Under the pieces are notes generated by a model. The model was not told the origin of the DNA. It searched no databases and worked only from the letters and a program-made list of their open reading frames with translations. A stretch of 56,737 nt of DNA, filler included, from Dugesia japonica (Eukaryota), in the NCBI GenBank assembly GCA_001938525.1. It is 5 parts of 5 records of this genome, joined end to end, with 100 filler letters (N's around TTAATTAATTAA, not from the genome) between each part and the next. Parts side by side here need not be neighbours in the genome. Positions count along the whole stretch, not along the records: positions 28,091 to 40,023 come from MQRL01643544.1; positions 40,124 to 56,737 come from MQRL01597983.1; 3 more parts are not named here. One strand, given 5' to 3'. Positions within the stretch are counted from its first letter, which is position 1. Every line of letters starts with the position of its first letter. Both the position numbers and the translations under genes were made by a program. Of this stretch, positions 39,387 to 50,720 are shown piece after piece.

Positions 39387-40123
39387 GTAATAATTATTTA
39401 TTTTATTCGATTAGACAAGTTAATTGTATATTTGAATTATAATTTAGAAATAATTGAATTTATTTCACTAAGCATATTCTTTAAAATAAAAAATTGGACC
39501 TTTAACTGTCACTATTTATTTATTATTTAATACTTAAATTACTAAATTTATTCAGAACACGAAAGAAAATTATTTAATATTTTTTAAGGAGTTCGATAAT
39601 TTTGGAAAAATTATTACTATTCGAATTTGTTTTTAATTTCTTGATTAATGAAATGATTTTTTATTTAATTATTTAATGTAAATAATATTTTTAAAAATAG
39701 CAAAAAATAATCTATTGTTTTATTTACATAAGAAAGTTTTAAAGAATTTTATTGTTTTTAAAGATATGTATTTTGAATAGAGCTGAGTTATTTTAAATTT
39801 GAAGTTATTAATTAATGCAATATTATCAATAAAGTTTTCCCTAAATGTTTTAAAATTATAACATATTTGCTTCCAAAATTAATGTTTTCTTTTGTCAAAT
39901 ATTTTCCAAAAATATTTTGACATTTCTAAATTTCTGTGAAACGCCATTTCAATGTATATTTTTGTACTAGATGTTTCGACAGAATATCTGTCATCTTCAA
40001 ATACAATATTTAATTCTTTATTGNNNNNNNNNNNNNNNNNNNNNNNNNNNNNNNNNNNNNNNNNNNNTTAATTAATTAANNNNNNNNNNNNNNNNNNNNN
40101 NNNNNNNNNNNNNNNNNNNNNNN

Positions 40124-41045
40124 GTTGTATGACTTGAAATAGGAATTTGCAAGATTAGCCTTAATAGTTTTGTATTATTGCGATCCAAAATTTTTACAAC
40201 TTCCTCAATATTCTTTATAAATTTTCCATCTGACGTTTAGCACGAGCCATATTTCAAGATCTACAATAACTAGCCTCTACCGCAGTATTGATTTAACAAA
40301 TGACGACAATAAATCCTGCTGACCACGTATCGCAGACAATAAACATTTTAGTTTGTGGGTTCCTTTGATTGAATTATATGGATATTCGACTGTAAATTTA
40401 CCATGATTTAGTTCGTGGTGCCGTTTTAAATTACTGGCTTTATATTGAGCGAGTGATTTATTGCAAATAAGGCACAATGGTTTTCCATTTCGTTCTATGA
40501 ATGAATATTCTTCTCATTCAGATTTGAACCTTCAATTTTCATCTTCATATTTTCTTGTTTTCTGACGTCATATTTATAAAACAATATATACCTAAAATAA
40601 AATGGTTTCGTTTAAAATAGACTTTATAAATTATTGTAGAAAAAATTATCGTAACGACGATTTTCATATTACTACTTGTAAGCTTAATTATTTTAGTTTA
40701 AAAACAGAACACAAAAATCATTTAACATTAAAAAGATATAATATTTGCACAAGTATTTTGTAGCGTAGTAGGCCATGACTTTACTGTACTGTACAATAAA
40801 AATTCAGTGATTGATTGATTGAAAAAAATTAAGCGTGGGAAATTTTTTAAAATATAAAGTGCATACAAAACGTTTATATAATTGCCATAAAAAACCACGC
40901 GTATTTTTTTGTAAACGAATACAATTTTAAAATACTTTTTTTATTTCTTAAAAATTTTTAATATTTTTTAAATATAAAATTTAACGCTATTTTTTCGACC
41001 TTGACGAGAGCCGCATGACACTCCCATATCGCATTGATCTAGGGC
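40124..41045 (-). mobile_element. hAT (SPIN/GTF2IRD2-like) transposon 5' part with BED zinc finger
   Basis: 'KPLCLICNKSLAQYKASNLKRHHELNH' is a BED-type CxxC...HxxxH. Truncated by the scaffold join. Confidence 0.85.
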
Positions 41046-42380
41046 TAGGGTCATAATATTATAAAAGATATTGTCAAAAACAAATATATGATTTCTATTA
41101 CAAATTTTAATATTACGAGATATTATGATAATAAGAGTGTGATTTTAGTAATTTTTGCTGCTGTTTATATAGCAGTTTGTTTGCTTTGTTAGTTCCTGTT
41201 CATTGTAATCGTTTCCATTTTATACTGGTTTATTACCTCGTAGATTTTTTGTAGTTTCAGTTTATACGGGTTAATAAACTTGGTTTCTTATCGTCTCGCA
41301 ATCTTTATTCGGTTTCTTTTTCTTACCTAATTTTATTAAATCGTTCCTTTATTTCCATCTAATTTTAGATTATCTAATTTTTCTCCATCTTGTTTCTTAT
41401 TCACTAATTCATTTCTTTCGCTTAAATCTTTGCTATTTTATTTAATTCGTGACTTTTCTGTTATTTTCTATTTGCGGTTTTTTTATTTCGTTTAATTCTT
41501 TAATTTTGATAAATTCCAGCCCAACACAAATAATGTAAATAAACAGGGTGATTGAATTAATGGTCTCTTATTTTTCAAATTTAATGTATGACATCACTAA
41601 AAGCTTACAAATAGTCAATATTTCTAACGAGAAATAAATTTTCTAATAATAATTTAATTGTCTCTTGTCTGAAATATTTTCAATTAACGGATTACTCCAA
41701 ATGACATAAGGCATATTATTTTAAAATAGTATGCTTAACTTTTTTGATAGTCATTATTTGGATTTATTCTGTAATTTAAATTACTTTAGGTTAGTAATCA
41801 GAGGACGTTCTACAAAACCAATATTCAACAAGAATAAAATAAATACTTTTAATATTAAACATTTATTTATTAAATACATCGATATAACTGTCCAATGTAA
41901 CTACAAACTCATCGTTAAAATGGTTTAAGAACATATTTCCATAAATATCGTGCTTTGAAATCTGCTAAGCTTTTACAATGGAAGAAAATCCCACAGCCTT
42001 GAAAGAATTTAGAATTTTATAAGTATTGGATATATCCAAAGAAAATTGAACCAAGTACTTTTGGATTTCTAATTTTCGTATACTGAATTTCTGGTGAATT
42101 GTTCCAATTGATCTTCTGAAAAACATCTTTCATTACTTGAATATTCCAAGATGTCAATTCACTTGGAATTACAACTAACCTTATATTTATTGATTTCATT
42201 TCGTTGTTGAAAGAGTTCATCGTAAGTTTAAGTAAATTTCTCCAACTAACTTGCACTCGTATAAAATAATGGTTCGAATTTTCTTCTTTTCCATCTTCAT
42301 TTAAACGATCGATTCAATACATTTCTACCAATGTACAAGTTTATTTATACTTTTTGANNNNNNNNNNNNNNNNNNNNNNA

Positions 42381-43015
42381 CAAGGAACTCATCGAAAGTT
42401 GTTTTGGCATTAGTCCGGTTTTTAAAGAACCTTTCCTGTGTGAAGTTAAATTGGTGCAGAGTTCTTTGTGCAATGTGTTGGCGGATATTGTTGTGCAACA
42501 TAATTGAACCCTTTTAGTTGGTTATTTGTTACAATTTCCCATGCATTTCTTCGATCTGTTTGCAGTATTTCTTTATGATAATAGTTTCGTCCTAATTTAG
42601 AAAACGGTGATGTATCACGCCGTCATTAGACCACTAAACAATCCTCATATTCTTTTTTGGCTTTTGTAAATGTTTCTGAGCTGAGAAGACTAAGAAATTT
42701 GAAAAGTTTGAGTGCCGAGGTTTTACCATATCTACCATACAGCCACATCATCTGACTACGATTTTCTCAAATCTATGCAGTACTTTTTGAATGGTCGTCA
42801 ATGTGAATCATTTGATGAATTCGAAGAGGCGTGGCAACAGATCTTTCACTCATAGAAGCCAGATTTCTACAGATTCGGAAACTTGCAGACCGATTGCAGA
42901 AAGTAGTGAATAATGATTGACTGTACTTTGATTAGTTATTGTTGTTAAATTCAATCAAATGTTCTTTTTGTATTTTTTTCGAAGCTGTAACATAATTTTT
43001 GGGACAACCTACTAA
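42381..43015 (+). mobile_element. Possible Tc1/mariner remnant
   Basis: Degenerate coding-like stretch ending in TIR-like 'AATTTTGGGACAACCTACTA'. Confidence 0.35.
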
Positions 43016-43864
43016 TTCTGATATATATCTTAAATACTTGTTATCAAAAATTTAAGTAAACTTTAATATTAATCTCATATATTTGCTATCAAGTAATTTT
43101 TAACTAACATAAAATCACATTTAAATAAATAAAGTCTTTATTCCAAAACTTGAATTAAATTTATTTCAATTTTAAAATTCATGAAAAATTTACTAAGATG
43201 ATACTTTATATTTGACCAAAATTCAAAGGCTTAATTACATCAATTAAAGGAACAATAATTAAACCATTGTAAGAATATTGTATTCATTTGTGAAACAAAA
43301 ATCTTAATAAGCATTGAGAAGTAATAACCAAAAAAAATCATAATAACGTATATCGTGGGTTCGTTAGAGAATTGGGTGGAGCGGAACACTTCAACTTCTC
43401 TTTTCGTAACTTGATGTCTGCGACAACTCTCACTCATCACCCTCTCTATATACTTCATTCTTACTCTCGAGACAGGTGTGATAAATCTGGCTTGTCTTGT
43501 TCATGATGCGTTACTTGTAGTCTGTTATCGTTCTCATCGCTATCTGTCATCATGCTATCTCGTGCTAGACATTTATTTGATATCTTTTGTTTCATTACTT
43601 CATGTTTTGTGATATCGTATTTGCTCATTTCAAGTCATGATTTCATGCTCTTTGGCGTTAATTCATCGGTCTTTATGTTAATCTCAGTAACAAAGTTATT
43701 TCAACATTCTTTATGTAGTACAGGAGTACCTTAAATGTCTTATCTTAGTAATTTATATTACTTCTTGATTAACTTAATTTATTCCCTTAAAATTTTCTGT
43801 TATTTACCTGTATTCTACAACTTATTTTCTTTTAATTTACTTTATTTTATTTATTTGTAAGAGG

Positions 43865-46320
43865 AGTTTGATGGCCCCTAGAGAGTCCGCCAAGTTGTGT
43901 GGCGACAGATGGGGTGTATAATTTGTTTACAACACACTAATTAAAGATATAAAAAGTAGTAATCAAAAATAAATAAAACTAATTTTAACAAATTTTATTT
44001 AACCAAAAATGAAATATAAATTTACTTTTTCTCTTTTAACTCATACAGATTTGAAACTTTCTTTGGAGCTGTATTTAATTCAGAAATAATTTGTAACTGA
44101 AGCTTTTTTTTGATTTCGAGGGAATTTATAATTTTAGCATTGTCTGATTCGGAAGGGATTTATAATTGAAGCTTTATTGAGTTCGTTTTCGATTGATTTA
44201 GGTTTCTTTTCTATTTTTCGTATTCCACTTTTTTCATTATGAAATTCATTACTCAATATTACGAGTATTTGTGAGGCTTAAGTACATTAAACTGGNNNNN
44301 NNNNNNTTTCTATGTCCTTTGTCTCAAAATTTACTTACTCTTAATTTAGTTTTTGATTTAATTTAATGTGAATTTTGATTTTGATTTAGTTTTTAATTCG
44401 AGAAATTATCTAGGCCCCAAGGGAGTCTTTAAACAAAAAATATGCACTGGTAGGGACTCTTGGGGTGTAAGTTATGTAGAACTTGTATTAAGTTTAATTA
44501 AAAGTAATAAAATTTAAATTATGACAATTTAAAATAATAAATATCAATTTAACCAAAAAACAAAAAGTAAACTTTTATAACAATAATATTCTAAAGCAAA
44601 AAATACCAAATAGTGATTGTTGTCAATATTGTGATTATTTTTCAAAATTAAAATGTTATTATTTCTTTTCGAGCTTTTCTTTTTTTTTGGTGACTACCAA
44701 AATCTTTAATGTCCATTCTGACGAAATTTCTTTTCAATGTTTTTCTTTATTTGGTGACTGCCAAAATTTTCTGATTTTCAAATTTTTCTTTTTTTTGCAA
44801 TTTACACTTTATTTCGGCGGTTGCCAAGTTTTTAATTTGTATTTTTTGTCAATACTTATTATTGACCATAATTTTTAATATTAATATTTTTAATATTATT
44901 TTCATTATATATATATATATATATATACATACACTTTCTTTTAAAATAAAAATCAAATCAGTTACATTATACTCAACTTTTACTGCAATTATTACTAAAA
45001 TTTACTAAATTTATTATCCAATCTTTTACTGAAAGCGTTTACCACAATTTTTATTAACTTTACTAAAATATTGTTTACACAATTTTGCTTACCGTTTTAT
45101 AAAAAAATTTCCGAATACTGTTAATTAATATTTAAAATAATACCAATATGTTGGGTTTCTTGGCTTTTTATATTAGTGATTGCTATGACTTATGATCTTT
45201 TCCTTATCGTTTCTTGGTCGGCCACTCTACTTCAAACTTTGTTAATCTTGGTCTAGGGTATGCCCTAAAACCACATAACTTGTGCACACCCATGTGCCTT
45301 TCCTTTTTCCAGCGGGTCTTTGTGGTTATGGATTTGGATCTATCTCTGGCTACATTATAAACTGAAGGTACTGTCTTTTGCAATCTTATGAAACAATTTT
45401 AGAAATAACAAACTGATGGATAATTCGAACATATTTTATTAAATCAATCCAATACAGTAACATAAGGACATATATTCAATCCGGATCAAAATTTTTTCAT
45501 TGTCTATCATGACATCAAGTTCATTTCTGAGCATAGTATGCCGAGGCTCTTCCTAGAAAATGGGTCGAATAGAGATGATTTTGGGAGTTGCTGTTAGTGG
45601 TTCATCTGTTTCGGTGAAACTCGAATACAAATATTTAAAAATCAAAATAATTTACCCGACTTAACATTTAAACCCTAAGGAGGGTAAGCATAATCAGTTT
45701 CGGACTTGTCATTGCATTTTTCAAAATCATCTTCTAGATAATCAAACATCGCGTTTCTTCCAAAAATGTTATTTCTAATTATATTCTCGATAATCAAATA
45801 TCGTAGCTCTTCAGAAAGAATTATTTCTCCAATTCACTAAGGGATGTGAGGTTCGGTTGGCCAGTGATTGTTTAAATTAAATCATAAAAATGTTGTTGAG
45901 TGAATATGCATAACAAAAAATTAGAATTACTGTTTAATTTAAATGACAATCCGTATATTCACAAGAAAAACAGTGACGTAGTTTTTAAAACTTTTAATAG
46001 CAATAATAATTCAATAGTGTTATAATGATGCTGAATTTCCCTCTAATAATAATTTTAATTCTTAACAATGATGACTATATCAATTATTGTTTAAAGGTAT
46101 TGTTTTTCTTTTTTGTCCGTCTGCCTCAAAATTCTACCACTGAATTTTAGAAAATTCTAGACTGTAATGGACTTGGCAGTGGTGTTTTTTCTGCCTCGTG
46201 TACTTTTCTCTTTTTCGGGAACTCTTCGTGACCGTTTCCATGGCATTTAAGAACGTCCGGTTGTCAGGATAATCATGGACTGAATCGGGCTGGGTCACTG
46301 GCGCATGTCTATTTTTTTGA
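43865..46320 (-). mobile_element. Unclassified multi-ORF element, family 2, copy 1 (two terminal modules plus decayed short ORFs)
   Basis: Hairpin modules at 43873-43918 and 44413-44469 match 50721-50770. Shared GGCGGTTGCCAA/GTCAATA-TATTGAC block (44816-44870 vs 51066-51130). The ORF at ~45205-45390 is homologous to ~52632-52790. Confidence 0.65.
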
Positions 46321-46441
46321 AAATTTTAAAATGAGCCTGATGACTCATCATAACATTAATATCTTTTATAATTAATAATATTAATTAATTAAATTTTTTA
46401 CAATAATAGTAATAATAAATAATAATAATATCAATAATAAT

Positions 46442-46476
46442 AATTCTATATTTCGACTTTGTCTTCGTCAGGAATT
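46442..46476 (-). ncRNA. Minimal type I hammerhead ribozyme (Penelope-like element type)
   Basis: Minus strand reads AAUUC-CUGACGA-A-GAC AAA GUC-GAAA-UAUA-GAAUU: complete core, stem I AAUUC/GAAUU, stem II GAC/GUC, palindromic minimal stem III AUAU, cleavage after UA. Confidence 0.8.
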
Positions 46477-46480
46477 TACT

Positions 46481-46513
46481 TTTCCTGACAAAGACAAGTC
46501 GAAATATAGAATT
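46481..46513 (+). ncRNA. Inverted second hammerhead copy, core mutated (CUGACAA)
   Basis: UUC-CUGACAA-A-GAC AA GUC-GAAA-UAUA-GAAUU. G8 is changed to A. Confidence 0.65.
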
Positions 46514-47306
46514 ATTATGAAAACCAAAAAAAGAATTTTGATCGAATCTTTTAATTTAATGAAAACAATCAATAGTTACGTCCAACAATTATTCTCGCAA
46601 TAATTGCAATTGTAAAATAATACTTTAATGATGATAATACCAATAATAATAACAATAATATTACTATTGTTGAGGTCATGGGTNATATGGCTAGTAAAAA
46701 ATATATCACTCATAACCCGCAAACTGGGATTTGATGTACTCGTCCTTCGAGTACGTTGATGGCAGCCCCGTTGACTCTTACACAACGTTAAGAGTGCTTG
46801 AGCGCACCATCTGCATGTTATTCGGGTTCATTTTTCATCGACGATAGAAATCGTTTCAGAGAAAAACCAATAATTTACGAACATGATATTTTTAAAGAAT
46901 TAAAAATCGTTACTTTAATACATAATTGAAAACAATAATCACCTGTCACCTCATAAAGAGCAAATCTCAAAACCGATAACTGCCTAACTAAATCATTCCT
47001 TCTTTTCTTCTCCATTTTTAACATACACCTGAGCATTATCTTGTGGATCATTCTGACATCCTCATTTGAGAAGCATTCATGAAGTTTTCATTTGAAAATA
47101 AAAGCCGGAATAATCTGTTTTTCATTACACGTTTCCAAAAAACATATGTCTGATTCTTTCCTTCTGACAGAACAAAAAATTTTCATATATCTCTTAAAAA
47201 CAGGTCACGCAAGTGAATAATTACGATTCAAAAACTCAAAAAATATTGGTAATTTTTAAATTTTTTTTATATAAAGGTTGTATCTCAATCTCAAAGGTTA
47301 TAGATA

Positions 47307-47669
47307 CAGGGCTTTGGAACGGAGCCCGGAGCCCAATAATATTGATTGCTCCACTGCTCCAGTTTATTAAAAAATTAATTATGTAATAAACTTACTAAAC
47401 ATACTAAAGTACATATACTAAACTAGTACATAAATTGTAAGTCATACAAACATTGCGTACACGCATTTTCTTGCTGGAGTTTATGTCGATCCACGCTATA
47501 GAATTTTACTATTTATTTATTAAGTTAATTTACACTAAAAAAACTTTTTCTTTCAACTTTTGAAGCTTTGTAATTTCTATAAATTTTCCTTGGAGCATGG
47601 AGCAGAGATGTCGTGCCGGAGTGGAGCTGAAGCGGAGCACCATAAAAATTTGACTGCTCCAAAGCCTTG
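47307..47669. mobile_element. Non-autonomous hAT element (MITE)
   Basis: TIRs CAGGGCTTTGGA / TCCAAAGCCTTG. 8-bp flanks TATAGATA / TATAAATA (7/8 identical target-site duplication). Confidence 0.8.
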
Positions 47670-47744
47670 TATAAATATGTTCAATAATAAATCTATAACC
47701 ACTTTAGGACTTGCGCCCTGATCTGGTATATCAATTTAAATGTA

Positions 47745-48072
47745 ATGAGTGTAACGCCACATACATTGTCATCTCTGCCCCAGAGTTCAGATAATAATAT
47801 TGTTGAGCATCTAAGAAAATGTATAAAATCAATAGGGTTTTCTGATTTTACAATCTTGTGCAGTAGATTTAATAATTATTGTGAGATAGTAATGTGTGAA
47901 GCTTTGTTGATAAGGGCATTAAATCCTAAAATTAATGTTCAGTGGACGGATTCAACATCGCTCTTAAAATTATTTTATTGATTATTTATTAAGATTGCCT
48001 AATTGAAATTATATAATCATTTAAACTTTGTAAAAAGTTTGTTTTAATATTCTTTAATTGCCTGATGATGAT
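47745..48072 (+). mobile_element. Penelope-like retroelement 3' end (GIY-YIG endonuclease C-terminus)
   Basis: 'NIVEHLRKC...DFTIL...CEALLIRALNPKINVQ...LLKLF*', followed ~80 nt later by CCTGATGATG, the start of a truncated hammerhead core. Confidence 0.8.
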
Positions 48073-48379
48073 AGTATGAATAATAGCAATAACAGTATTA
48101 ATAGGGTAGTCTTCATCATGCTAATAAGAAAGTCGTCACTGAAATAAAAAATCAATATTGAAGGCAATATTAGGTCAGTGAGATTTGATACAACAATAAA
48201 AATAGTCCTCAAAATTTTAAAACTAGCATTGTGATGGTCCTATAAGGTTCGTGTAATGACAATAATCGCGGCCATCATAATTAAGTAATTTAAAATTAAC
48301 TCAGTGAAAACCATAGTATAAAATTTAAATAATATTTAATTAAAATTATTATAGCAAATACATAACACAAAAAGTATAC

Positions 48380-49347
48380 CCTCTGTTTGAAGACCACGCT
48401 CAGAAAAAATATAATGGATGGAAAACTGATTAGACTTTTCTGAAATACCGAGAATAGACTGGTATGTCAACTAATGGAAGGATCAGAATAGCAATTCAAA
48501 TTCAGTTGATCAATAATTGAAAACGAATTTTGAAATGATGAGCAATAGTAATTTAAGTTTAGTCGATAAAACAATAATTTGTCACTTTTCTTGTCTGGTT
48601 TATTTAGTTGCTGTTGACAAGTAATTGCTCGTGAAATTGGGCAATTATCCGTTCCAATTTTTTCTTCCTTGCAATACTTCCACTTGGTCGATTGAAATTG
48701 GACAATTATCTATTCCAATTTTTGTTCTTAGTTAAACGAAATTCAGAACGACGATTATATGAACGGCAATCTTCTATCTGTAATTATAGATGGTTCAACG
48801 AGAAATTGAACGGCAATTAGTGAAGTAATTTTCTGTTTTAATTGCACACCTCGTTAAAACATGGTAGTTGTATTCTGCTATTCTATAATTCTACTACTCT
48901 TTGATGTCGTTGCCGTTTATTACCATTAAATGTATCATCTATTGTTATAAAAATATTTCTAATTCTAAGCTTACTGGACCGTCAAGTTTTTTTTAGGTGT
49001 GACAAAAAACTTCAGAAAAATAATATTTATTTACTTCATTACATACTCTAGGATCTGAGTACAAGATTTAGCTTTTGAAGATCAATGATAACAGCGACTT
49101 TAGTGCTACACTATGACGATTAGCATTATGTAATCCTTCCCATCGGGATGGTACGAAAAATTATTGCATGACTCTCTGATACTACTTTACAATCGAATAA
49201 TGCATTCATATCTGATGGCAAATCATGAACAACAGACCTACCAACCTTAATTTCTTCATTTAAAAAAATTCTACTTTCATGGAAATGTTGTGAATTTGGT
49301 TGATGGGTGAGCACTAAGACTACTGGTCCATTAATTATGGATGCCAT
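48380..49347 (-). pseudogene. SLMAP: SLMAP-like FHA-domain gene, decayed or highly diverged
   Basis: 'PNSQHFHESRIFLNEEIKVGRSV...NALFDCKVVSESHAII' closely parallels the SLMAP FHA (PNSHPFQER...IKIGRSV...NATFDCKVLSRNHAL). Downstream, duplicated 'EQKLE/EEKLE' coiled-coil pieces with stops. Confidence 0.65.
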
Positions 49348-49399
49348 TGAATTATGATGTTGAATTTTTTAACTATTATTCAAATGAAACTTTAAAGTC

Positions 49400-50480
49400 T
49401 AAAAAAGTCATTCTAAATATTTAAAAATTAGTTTTCTCATGGTAAAAGCAGCATAGTTATTGATTTCCTTCTCTCTTCTGGAATTTATTTCAACACCACT
49501 ACTCAAGAAGTTAATTGGAAATTCACCACTTATCACCTGCAGACGATTATTACTAATCTATTCTATTGTGAATTTAATGCATTTAGATCATTGGACTTTA
49601 TCGATTGGAATTTTAAAATGCTCGAATTATTTGATTTTATCACATATTCAACCGGTATTTATCTTTTGTACTTTTTGTAAATGAAGAGATGTGGCTTTTT
49701 GATATTTTGATAAATGAATTTAAAAGTTGCTACATAATTTTGGGTGAGTTGGCTTCCCTTACCCTTAACAAGTGTGGAAAAGAAGCCTGTTCCTAGGGTT
49801 TTCCATGTTATGTGATATTGTTCTAGTGAAATCTTATGTTTGTTGAAAGTGTTTGAAGACTTCACTTTCCTTTTGTTTGAGGTGTTCTTTAATTCTGGTT
49901 CGGATTGTCTCATTTTAAGAACTCTATTTTTCCTTCTATCTCCTTTCACCGTTGCTGTGAAACTCATAATATTATATGAATCTTCATTATTTCTCACTTT
50001 ATCTAAAAGTTTCTTTGATTTCTATAACTTTTTGTATCTTACGTAAAATTATTTCTTCTACACTTTTATTTCCGACACATTGTACCAACAACCTGGCTGT
50101 CAATTTCTTCTTTGTAAATTCCTTATTTGTAAAAAGCTTTTCCACCAAGTTGTCTACTTTCCTGATATAATTATTAATATCCTCGTCTCTACTCATTTAA
50201 TATATCATTTCTTTCGTGTCTCGGATGGCATCTCTTTCTCTACTACAAGCCTGTCTTAATCATTCTTGGAAACCTATTTTTCCCAATGTTTCCACGTATT
50301 TAACCAATGATCAATAAGGCAGGTAACCAGTCTTTCCTGATCGCTTTTATTTGAAATCCCTTTCACCTCGAAGTACTCCTCACACTTACGGATGAATTTT
50401 TTTACATCATCCTACTTACCAAATACTCGAGCATAAGTCGGTCTGTTATTGAGTCTGTGTTTATCCACCATGTTAGGGAG
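49400..50480 (-). mobile_element. Gypsy-like gag remnant
   Basis: 'DDVKKFIRKCEEYFEVKGI' and 'EDINNYIRKVDNLVEKL' resemble retrotransposon gag. Frameshifted. Confidence 0.5.
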
Positions 50481-50720
50481 CGAATTTACATACCCATTAT
50501 TAAAAAAGATTTTAAAAAGATTAATAAATACAAGCTACAATCGATAATTGGTTAAAATAATAATTTAACAAACAATAATACTATTAGGATAAAATATGCG
50601 CGACAAGCTGGTTGGGTTTTCTGTTTGTTAGCTTAATCAAACCCCTTATCTTATATTTACTTAGTCGCTAATTTATATTATTTTGTTGTTAATATCATTT
50701 ATTTATGTATTCAGAAGTAT

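Noticed and set aside
46331-46350. CTGATGA motif
   Set aside because: No stem II or GAAA partner.
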